A stretch of 64,000 nt of DNA, from contig MU054323.1 of the NCBI GenBank assembly GCA_013239625.1, positions 8,607,220-8,671,219 of the forward strand, read 5' to 3'. The DNA comes from Lama guanicoe. Taxonomy: Eukaryota. The notes beneath the pieces are model-generated. The model was given only the letters and a program-made list of their open reading frames with translations. It did not search any database and had not been told where the DNA came from. Numbering within the stretch: position 1 is the stretch's first letter; every line of letters begins with the position of its first letter. This document shows, piece after piece, positions 12,696 to 29,329 of this stretch. The translations under genes and the position numbers were made by a program.

Positions 12696-14970
12696 CATCT
12701 AAATGCTGATAACGACCATATCTCAAATTACAATCTCTGAGCCCCAGACCACTTCAAGAACTGAACAGCCTACTGATTTATGCTTGGATCTTAATTTTTA
12801 GAGGTGACTGAGTGACAACACAGAGAAGTTAATGCCATTGAAAGAAAAGTTAATGTTGCAGTTCCCTTAGAAAGAAGAGGCATAGCTTACCACATAGGAC
12901 CACAGAAGGAAGCAAGGTCAAAAGGCAGAAAGGAGCAAGGGGAAGGCATAGGCCACAGCACTTATTAAGCTAGAAAAGCAAGACAGGACAGTGTAAACAG
13001 TTTAGGATTGGCTAGTTTGAATAATTTCAGAGGGCTTTAAGGCATACGGGCTGTCCCTAGGTGTCTGGTCCCTAGCCCTGGGTTCATTTAGGACAAGGGA
13101 AATATTGGTTTGGTATATGAGATTTGGATAAAGGAAGTGGTTCAGAGTATGGACTCTGGATCTCAGGGGAGATGTGAACAACTTTGGCTGTTAGATTGTG
13201 ATTAATGGATGCCAAACAGAAATTTGAAACCTAAGAAAACAATTAGAATACCAACCAGAACCCCACTGTCTATGTGTCTGAGTCAGAATGCATCATCTTC
13301 CTCCTTAAAACTTCCCTTCCCCTGGTTTTCCAATTTCAGGAACAAGCACCACCATGCATCCCTGAATCTATGCAGACCCCAGAAATCTGGGGGTCATCCA
13401 TGATTCCTCCTTCTTCCCCCACTTCCAACCTACTACCAAGTCCTATTAATTCTACTTCCTATCTTAAAGATCTTCACTCGTCTCCCCAGCTTCCCCCAGT
13501 CCAGACAGCCACAGTCCATGCCAAAGTTCTGTTAACAGCCTAACTGACCACTCTACTTCCATTTTCATCCCCCTCCAGTTCATTCTCCAAGTAGCCTGGA
13601 TAATTCTTCTAAAACATAACTCTGATCATGTTGCCCATTTCTTAAGATTCTTTGATGGCTTTCCTCTACTCTTAGGATAAACTCTAACCTCCTTTATGCA
13701 GCTGCCCACAACCTGGTTCTTGACCATCTCAGATGATCCAGCAACACCAAATTTCTTTTGATTCCTTTAAGAAGTCTCTCATATCCAGGCTTTTGCTTGT
13801 CCTGTTTCCTCTCCTGGGACGACTACTCTCTCCCTTCCTTCACCTTGCCTTGGAAACTTGTGCTTATTTATTTATTTCACCTTAAATGTATTGTCATTTA
13901 ACATCTGGGTATGCTTTCTCTGATCCACGGAATCTGGGCACCCACCCCAGGGCTCCCACCGCAGGAGTACTTCCCTTATCTAGCACCACGCTATACTGCA
14001 GGGGTTCAAACCTGACTACACATTTGCAGCTTCTAGAGAGCTTTGACTTTATATTGCTACCTAGGCTCCTCTCCAGACCAACTCTATAAGGGGGTGGGGC
14101 CGGGGCACTGGGGTTTTAAAAACTTCCAGATGAGTCCAATCTTCAGTCAAGGTTGATAGTCACTGCTCTAGGAGATTACTAATTTGTTTCCACATCCCAA
14201 TGAAGATAGGAACAGAATCTGTTGGGGTATCCCACGTGTCTGGTACAGAGTGGGGTGATGAGTAAATATTTGTTGTACTTGTGATAGGGATGTATGAGAC
14301 AGCGTAGAGTGACACTGTACGAGTGACTTTAACCTATATGTGTGACTCCATGTGGAATGCCACTCAGTAGCTGAAATGTGACTATGTAACACTGGGGTGT
14401 CACAGTGTGAACAACGTATCCAGTGTGTGACGATCACTGTGAATGGCTGAACACTGTGGGGCTGTAGGCTTGTCACCACGTGAGCCGCTGCGTCCTTTGT
14501 GTGACTGACTGAGTGGCTGGGGGACTCTGGCCAGGATGCCTGACTCGCCGCGCCAGGGCAGAGTTTGAGGAGGAAGGAGCTGGAGCTGCCCCTCACCAAG
14601 ATGGCGGCTTTGGGGGAAGCCACTAGTCCTTACAAGGGGCTGCCACCGGCCTGCGAAACGGAAGCAGAGGCGGAGCCGCGGCTGGGGAAGCCTTTGGCTG
14701 GTCACTCGCGTCAGCTCCGGGAAGGGCGGCGGGCGCAGCCGGCCACCCCAGCAACGTCCTGGCACCGCCCCTCGCCGCGCCCGCCGCGGGGAGGCGGGAC
14801 GGTGGGCGGGACCCGGAGCCCCAAACCGCCGAGCAGTGGAACCGGAACCTACACAGGCCGACCAATGGCGTGTAACGGGCGGGGTCCGGCGCGCACCTGC
14901 CAGGTGACTAGTGGAAGTTCAGGCACTGGAGCCAGTCAAGAACTTGGGAGACAAAATCCCCGACCACAAT

Positions 14971-19869
<4,899 letters not shown>

Positions 19870-19908
19870 CAAGAGTACCATTTGGGGTCTCAGTTCAGTC
19901 TTCCCTTG

Positions 19909-19917
19909 TTTATTAAA
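19909..19917. terminator. Overlapping poly(A) signals: ATTAAA (+, ABHD1, 19912-19917) and AATAAA (-, PREB, 19914-19909)
   Basis: TTTATTAAA lies 40 nt after the ABHD1 stop, between the two convergent genes. Confidence 0.8.
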
Positions 19918-20538
19918 TAACAGCTTTTCCTGCCAAATAGACTGAGGTTCATTTTCCCTTTTCTCGAGGCTAGAGTAGACTATTCAGGAACTTGCTGCAT
20001 ATTTAGCCTGGCTGGCTTGGAGCTACCCAGCTGAACCCGAAGATTACTGTCTGGGTCTTCCTTTTGCCCTTTCCTTCCCTAATAGCAAGTCCCAGGCCAG
20101 TGCTTGTCCCAGCAAATGCCAGAGGCTCATGTGCAGAGCAATTGCCACAAGACTGTGAGGGGAAGAGAAGAAAAGGGCAGTTTCTGCAGGAAGGACAGCA
20201 GCCTCCAAGTTCCTGGGCATCTTCACACATCTCTGGAGAAAGGACAAGCTCAACTCCAGAGCCTCTGGTAGGCAGAGGGAAGGAGGCAGGTGGTGTGGGC
20301 TGGGCTTGACACCACGGTCCTGGGCGGATCCAAAGGCGATGAATGCAAGGTTCCCAGGACTCAGGGTCACCCACGGTCACAGCCAAGCTCTAACTGGGAA
20401 TGGCAGGCATTGCCCACTAGTCTCATCAGAGGCAACCTCAGCTGTGGACCCAGGTGGAGTGAGCAGTGGAGTCCAGGCCTCCATTCTGGTCTAGAAGGTG
20501 GCAGTGTCTGGGCCCCTGGTTCCCTGGGAGCAGGGAGG

Positions 20539-23517
20539 CTAAAGAAAACCTGGGAAGGCACTCTGGAGCAGCAGGATGCTCATCACAATAAGCCCAACAC
20601 ACAGTAGCAGCAGCAGCCACACAGGAACAGTCCCTGCAGGAAGGGGAAGGGATGAAGTCAGTAAGCAAAGGGGAGTCACAGCCCAAAGAACAGAACCATT
20701 CGAGGAGGGGGCAGGTGACTACAAGCAAGCAACTCACTCTGCAGGGGGCAAGTTTTTGCTACAGCTAAAGGTAGGGTGGTACCCCCTCACCCCAATGACT
20801 CACGCCGTGAGGGCAGCAGGTGCAGCTGGCAGCGACTGTCCACAGCCACAGAGAACAGGGCAGTTTCATGGGACCCAAGGAGCTCTGGACCACGACCCTT
20901 CTCAGGTAGAAAAGCCACATCTGTCACCACAATGCCATGGGCCTCCCTCACATAGTAGAGGCGCTGCGAACAGGAAAACGAGTAAGAGAAGGCCCAGTTG
21001 GGATCATTCCTTCTGGAAAATATGCCCTCTTCCCCCAGAAGCCTTTCCCTCTATAGGCTGGGCCAGACCCCTTCCCACACACTCAGTGTAGAAGCAAGCC
21101 TAGAATCCCCACCCCAGAGAGTCCTCAGGGCTGTGCCCACCTCCACCCATTACCTGGAGAGAGAAAGCTATGTAGATGGCAACAGAGCCAGTGACCGTGC
21201 CCAGGCCTAGGAAGGTGCCCGATTCACTGCAACAAACAATAAAGTGCTCACTGTCCTGGAGTCCCATGCAGCAACATTCATTCAGTAGCAATAGTCCTCA
21301 GGCAGGCAGGCAGGCAGCACATCTTCCCCCCAGGTGCCCCCACACCCAGCCAAGTCACCACAGTCTCACACCTGACACTAAGGCAGGAGATGACTTCATG
21401 GCCACAGGACTTGGTCTGAAGAGGCAAGAAGGTGGAGCCATCCCAGGCTGTGAGGTAGCAAGGTTGGGGCTGGCGCAGACGCTTGTGGGGAATCTGCACC
21501 GTGAAGAGTCGCAGCCCGGCAGGCTGGTCTGGAACCTGCCCAAACCTGGAGGCCGGGTGAGAGGCTGTTCAGCTCCTGGGGCCTGCCCAACCTTCCTCAG
21601 AGGTTGGTGCCTTCCTGCACCCTGGTCAGGCCCTGGGGGTAATGCCTGAAAAGGCTCCGATCCTTCCCAGCTCACCGTCTCTTCCCACTCCCCATTACAA
21701 CTAGGCTATGCCCCTTTCAGCCACCCTCTGGGGTCTTCACACCTGCAGGCCTGGTAGCGGTAAGGCGTGTTAGAAAAGGTGGGTCCGTTCTCCTGCCAGT
21801 GCAGCTGTGTCACCAGTTGATCCTTCTGCCACACGGAGGCCTTAAGGTCCCAGCCCACAGTTACCAACTAGTCAGGAATCAAGATTCCAAGTTTGAACAG
21901 TTAGGGGATCCACTTATGGGACAAGCAGCATAATCACCTACTTTCTCCACCCTCTCACCTCCTCACCTTGCCATCAGGCCCCAAAGCCAGGTCCTCAATC
22001 TCCCCTTCATGGGCTTTGAACTCCAGAACTTTCTCCAAAGTCGGTACCTGCAGCCAAACCACCACTGTAGTTAGCCTAGTTACCGGGCCAGAGCACAATG
22101 ATCCCCACCCCTCTCTGCTAACAGCCACTCAGTGCAGTCTACTCAAGTTTCCCAGAACCCATGTTCAGTTTCTCACAACTCTGGCCTTGCAGCTACTGAC
22201 CCTCATCCTCTAACCTCCCAAAACCACACCTTCCAGACACGAACGTAGCCATCCGTCCCTCCAGTGGCAAGCAAGGTATTGTCATGGTTGAAGCATACAA
22301 CTTTCTGCAGTGGATCAGCGCTGAAGTCTGTCTGCACCGCCTGCAAATTCTCCACACTAAGTTCTACCCCCTCCTGGTGGGTTTCAGCTCCAGACTTCTT
22401 CTCTGCAGTGGCAGCCCCTTTCCTTTGCCGAGGCCCCTGTTCCTTGGAACCTGCAATACAAACAGCCTGCCAGGTTCCAGGCTTCTAAAGTAGTCATAAC
22501 CCCTTCTCCAGTGGTGAACGTCGAGCGAATTCTCGCCTGTTACGACAACCTCACCTTCAGCCCTACATCTTCAGAGACCAAGATGAGAGAGCTCTTACTC
22601 GTTTAACCCTTTTCACAAAGCTAGAGCAGGGGCTCTCACCTGCCTTCTCTGCTTTGTTTTTGCCCTTCTGCTGATGGGTCTTGAAGCGCAGTAGCTGACA
22701 CTGGGCATCCTGCCCTGCAGCCAGGATATTACCAGCCAGCGCTAAGTTCATGGTGGCCCGAGTCTCAGTATCATGGGAGTGCAGTAGGGAGGCGCTGAGG
22801 CGCCCATTAATCTGCTCCAGCTGCAGAAAGTGCTGTGGGAGAGGGAACCAGGATGAGCAAGGTTCAGAGGGCACCTCAAGAGCAAACTTACATCCTGTAG
22901 TCTGAGGGCTTATTGCACTTTGTAGTTCACAAGGCTTTTAAAGACCTTTTTTCTTTTGAGCCTCACAAATCTGTACAGCAAGCAACGCTGGGATTATCAC
23001 CTGCAGTTTACAGAATATGGTAACTCTCAGAAGAGTGAAGAAACCAAGCTTATGCTGAACTCTCGCCTCTGTTGGAGGGCAGACAGACAAGTCTATGTGG
23101 CCTCCCCGGAAAAAGCCAGGATAAGACCCCGGGGGCTGTTCCTGAAGTCGAGTTGAAGCCTTCCTGCCTTGGCAGTGCTGTGTGCAGTTTCATTTTACCT
23201 TAGGATTCTCTCAATTGACCAGTGAGTTCTCGACTAAAGTTCGCGCCAGGACTCCCGGCATGCAGGGTAGTCGCACCGGGCAGGGGCAGAGTCCGCAGCA
23301 GAAGCGCGGCCCACACATGAGACCCTCCCAGAATCGCCCTCAGCCCTGGCGTGACCCGGCCCCAGTGGCCCTGTACTCTCACCACGCCATTCTTTATGCC
23401 GGTCTTGGCGGCGCCTCCTCCGCCCGCGGCTATGAGCAGCCCCGCGCTGGGATCGACCTGCAGCGCGTACAACGGGAACGGGGCCCGGTACAGCTCTGGC
23501 GCCCGGCGCCGACCCAT
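20539..23517 (-). CDS. PREB: Prolactin regulatory element-binding protein / SEC12 (Sar1 GEF), 9 exons, 418 aa, intact
   Basis: Exons (minus strand) 23383-23517, 22640-22832, 22230-22450, 21967-22047, 21743-21867, 21372-21545, 21154-21226, 20804-20963, 20539-20633. GT-AG and in phase (1257 nt). [30 protein letters not shown] (K-loop), WD40 repeats, C-terminal TM segment ending QSAFPGFL. Confidence 0.97.
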
Positions 23518-23930
23518 CCCGCTCGCCGCGCGTTTCACTGTCTGCGCCGAAGCACCCGGGACATGCCGCGCCCGGCCTGCGACGACTTCTCTGGCCGCTG
23601 CTGACCTTGGTCCCCTCGCTGCCGGGAAAACTCCCGACCCCTCTCACACCTGCGGGGTTGGGGAAATTCTCTAATCATACACGAATCCCTATCTCGGCCC
23701 AGGGCCGGCTAACCCTGTCTCGCCGACTCGCAGTGCGCAAGCGCACCGAGCACGACTCTCCTCACGCAGGCGCGAAGCAGTCATTGCGCGTCAGCACTCG
23801 CCGGCCGCGGCCTGCTGGAATCCGGGCGCTAGGATGCCGGTCTTCGCCCCCTTGTGACGTCAGACTACGCCATCTTTTAGGGGGGCAGTGGAGGCTCGCG
23901 GCCGCTTCACGGAAGCGTCCTTGGGGTTTC
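23250..23930 (-). promoter_or_regulatory. PREB CpG-island promoter
   Basis: Perfect CRE TGACGTCA at 23855-23862, YY1-type CGCCATCTT at 23868-23876, NRF1-like TGCGCAAGCGCA at 23734-23745, ETS CGGAAG at ~23910. Confidence 0.75.
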
Positions 23931-24346
23931 TGGAGGAGCTGGGGGAATCAGTAAAGGTTAAGGGAGGTTAATAAACCTTTAATAAAGAAATCCTTGGGTT
24001 AGGACTATCCACACTTCAGGAGGGATAGGCAGACTCATGGAGCGCAGACTTTATGTTTTACCCCAGAGACGAAGTGATTTGTTCGAGGTCACGCTCCAGA
24101 AACGTCTCTTTTGCCTCTTAACGGAGGCAGCGTGGACTTTAAAACAAACCTGGCTTCAAATCCCGAATCTACCGCTTCCTAGTACTAGGGAAAAAAACAC
24201 TTCTTACCTTAACAATTAACACCTGTCCTCTGTAGTGCGCACAGGTGGGAGTTAGTTGGCCATTGTCAAGGCTCCGCACCTAATCCTGCGCCTCAGGGTT
24301 TGTGGGTGGGGGCTGCTCCCCTCTGATACACTCAGGGAGGCAACTG

Positions 24347-26109
24347 GAACCCCAAGACAGGGCAGGTCTCTGCCTGACACCCCATCCTTTTGAGGGGGTC
24401 CTTAGATTTCTGGTGTCCTATAGGAGTGATGCAGGGAAAACGGATGTGGGGCGTGAGGAGGGCTGTGTCCCAGGCTTTGGTTGAGCCCCTGAGACGTGCC
24501 CTGTCAAGTGTGGGTCCTTGGCTTCAGGCAGGAAAGAATTCAGGAGCAAGCCACGGTTGGGTAAAGGTAGATTTATTTAGAGATACATCGAAAGGCAAGA
24601 GAAAGGCCATGAGGTGTGGGTGTTGGGTGCTCAGATTAGAGTAAAAGTAGGTACACACTCCATAGAGTGCAGGCCATCTCTAAAGTGGGAGAGAGAGGGT
24701 GGTGGCCGCAAGTTGTGTTGCCCGTTTTTATGGGCTCAGTGGCCTCGTATGCTAATAAGTGGAAGGATACGTCTTAACTAGCCTGGGGAAGGGGCTGGGA
24801 TTCCCAGTAAGTTGGCCATTTCCCACTCTTTGACCTCTTGTGGCTAGCCCTGGGACTATCATGGCGCCTGCTGGCATGTTATTCACCATGCTAATATATT
24901 ACAATGGGCATATAATGAAGCTCAAGTTCTACTAGAAGTCAAATCTCCCACCATCTTGAGCCTCAAGGCCTACTGGAGGGTTGAATCCTCCACCATTTTG
25001 ATGTTAATTGCTGTATCATTCCTTGAATGGCTGTGCCCTGCCTGCTCCTGTCTCAGAAGGACCCCATGTTTCTTTGCAAGTGAACGCTAGTCATGCCCTT
25101 CCCTCCAAGGAGACACCTCCTGCTGCTCCCCTGGCATGCATCAGCAGGCATCCTTATTAATCTAAGGTGTGGCCAGAGGAAGGGGCCCTGTGGCTTCATC
25201 TCTGGGGATGCCATTATATGTCCCATCAGAACCCCAAGACAGGGCAGGTCTCTGCCTGACACCCCATCCTTTTGAGGGGGTCCTTAGATTTCTGGTGTCC
25301 TATAGGAGTGATGCAGGGAAAACGGATGTGGGGCGTGAGGAGGGCTGTGTCCCAGGCTTTGGTTGAGCCCCTGAGACGTGCCCTGTCAAGTGTGGGTCCT
25401 TGGCTTCAGGCAGGAAAGAATTCAGGAGCAAGCCACGGTTGGGTAAAGGTAGATTTATTTAGAGATACATCGAAAGGCAAGAGAAAGGCCATGAGGTGTG
25501 GGTGTTGGGTGCTCAGATTAGAGTAAAAGTAGGTACACACTCCATAGAGTGCAGGCCATCTCTAAAGTGGGAGAGAGAGGGTGGTGGCCGCAAGTTGTGT
25601 TGCCCGTTTTTATGGGCTCAGTGGCCTCGTATGCTAATAAGTGGAAGGATACGTCTTAACTAGCCTGGGGAAGGGGCTGGGATTCCCAGTAAGTTGGCCA
25701 TTTCCCACTCTTTGACCTCTTGTGGCTAGCCCTGGGACTATCATGGCGCCTGCTGGCATGTTATTCACCATGCTAATATATTACAATGGGCATATAATGA
25801 AGCTCAAGTTCTACTAGAAGTCAAATCTCCCACCATCTTGAGCCTCAAGGCCTACTGGAGGGTTGAATCCTCCACCATTTTGATGTTAATTGCTGTATCA
25901 TTCCTTGAATGGCTGTGCCCTGCCTGCTCCTGTCTCAGAAGGACCCCATGTTTCTTTGCAAGTGAACGCTAGTCATGCCCTTCCCTCCAAGGAGACACCT
26001 CCTGCTGCTCCCCTGGCATGCATCAGCAGGCATCCTTATTAATCTAAGGTGTGGCCAGAGGAAGGGGCCCTGTGGCTTCATCTCTGGGGATGCCATTATA
26101 TGTCCCATC
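24347..26109. repeat. 882-bp tandem duplication (24347-25227 and 25229-26109), no differences found by eye
   Basis: Constant 882-nt offset, and identical ORF translations in both copies in the ORF track. Confidence 0.95.
24427..25055 (-). mobile_element. ERV1-type solo LTR (~629 bp), duplicated at 25309-25937
   Basis: TGA..TCA termini and an imperfect 4-bp TSD GGAG/GAAG. On the minus strand: TATA-like CATAAAAA at 24732-24725 and AATAAA at 24577-24572. Confidence 0.7.
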
Positions 26110-26555
26110 GAATTGAATTAAATGTGTGAAGGGCCTGGCAGAGCCCTCTGCACATCTCAGGTGCTCAGGCCTTCTGAGTCCTTTGCCCTCCTCAGATACA
26201 TGGCCATTCTGTTTCCTTTGACTCTCTTTGTTGGGTTCCAGTCCTCCTGAAGGTACAACCACCCACTGTGTCTGCTCAGTAAGACACAAGCACAAGTTTC
26301 ACAGGATCAGGCTTTATTGGATACACTGAAGGCTAAGTGGGGCCTCAGGCGCCCTTGGTCCTCTTCAGCCAGGAGAGAGCAGACTCCACAAGGGGCTCCC
26401 AGGGTTCAGGGCTGGAGAACACACCTGACCTCCAGCCAGCCAGCCCTTCAGAGTGTCTTGGGGGCTCCCCGAGATCTGGGGTCTGGCAGGGATGGTGGGG
26501 TTTGGAGGAGGTGCTCCAGGGAGCCTTAGTGGCTCTGAAACTAGGGTAGTGACTT

Positions 26556-27938
<1,383 letters not shown>

Positions 27939-28522
27939 TCAGGCTCTCTGGGTGTTTAGGCAGGAGCTTGGCTCTAAATTTGGCCTCTCACTCCTTTGCA
28001 GTCGGCCATTGATGAGGGATGTAGAGGATGGAGAATCAGAACTGCCTCTTGGAAGCTGAGGGACAGCAGCAATTATCTGGGTAGGCCAGGGAGGATGACA
28101 CAGCCCTTAGGATCTGTGGAGAAAAAAACAGCGCTCAAGATATTGAGAGAATGGATCTGTTTCTGGCTCTGCCTAATGTACCATGCAGGCTGTTTCACCA
28201 AGAACTTAAATATCACCTCTGGGGTCAGAAGAGCTGACAAAATGCTCCTGGGAAGGTGAAAGTTAGGAGGGGAGGTATAGGGAAGAAGGGAGGGTAGGAT
28301 GGGTTGGATAGAGTTAGAGGAGGGGGCTTGGGGGATGGAGGCTGAGATGGGACTAGGAATAGCGGGTGTTCTGGCACTGTGAGCTCTTACCAATGAGGGT
28401 CCCTCTGAGCTGTATTTCTGAAGGCACTTCAGTGACACGGGGACCTGGGAGAGAGAGGAACAGAGCCAACAAATGATGGATACGCTCATCCCTGCCCCCA
28501 GCATCTGTCACCCTAAACTCAC

Positions 28523-28610
28523 TCTGACCCAGATTTCTGTCTGAGTCTTGCCCTCTGTCCTCCTTCAGCCAGGAGGAGGTCTTCTGTTATAGACTTTTGT
28601 TCTCCTAAAT
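28523..28610 (-). other. Candidate non-coding 5' UTR exon of PRR30
   Basis: Flanked by TTTGTTTCAG| acceptor and |GTGAGT donor on the minus strand. Motif evidence only. Confidence 0.35.
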
Positions 28611-29202
28611 CTGAAACAAAGATTCTGCAAGCATCCTGGTTTCCTGGCACTCTGGTTGCCCTAATCCCTGTGGTCCCTAATGCTGATGTCCCCTGGCTTA
28701 GCCTGGCCCCAGCCAAGATGGCTTATCACGATCAGCAGCAGCAGTGGGGCCAGCTGGTGAAAGCCTAGAAGTCAAGGACTTTGTCTAAGGGGCGGCAACG
28801 CCGCCCCACTTGGGAGCTGGGAGCCCCATTTCCTGGGGTCAGTACTCCCTGGAATCCAGTGCCTATGTCACAAAGGTCAGGTGCTGACATCACATACTCT
28901 TCTCCTCAAGGCTCTGGGACCTTCTTTCAGAGATCATCCTGAGGCTGGCCCTTGACAAAACTGAAGCAAGCAAAATTCTTTGGGGCACCCAAGTCTCCCC
29001 TTCAGGGCCTAGTCCCCACCTCTGCTCTCTGCCCATATACTTTAAACCTCCCACCACCTCCTCCAGCCAGGGGTCTACCCAGCCATACAGCCTGTTTGGG
29101 CTGGACACTCCCTTCAACTGTTGGTTTTCATTTCATTTCATTTTCTGAGCACTGACTTACGCTCCACACCTTACATGCTTATATGTTTTTAATAGCTATT
29201 TT

Positions 29203-29301
29203 CTTTCTTTTTTTTAATTATTGAAGTACAGTCAATTACAGTGTGTCAATCTCTGGTGTACAGCACAATGTCCCAGTCATGCATATATATATGTGTTCAT
29301 A
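29203..29301 (-). mobile_element. Very short L1 3'-end insertion with TSD
   Basis: T-rich tail plus L1 terminus, flanked by TTTTAATAGCTATTTT on both sides. Confidence 0.7.
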
Positions 29302-29329
29302 TTTTAATAGCTATTTTATCAATAGCTCT

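Noticed and set aside
23182..23954. Plus-strand ORFs antisense to PREB exon 1
   Set aside because: GC-rich shadow frames, mostly with non-ATG starts, and no independent evidence of coding.
24427..25937. Two LTRs in direct orientation suggesting a mini-provirus
   Set aside because: Flanking host sequence is duplicated along with the LTR and no PBS or PPT lies between them. It is a tandem duplication of a solo LTR.
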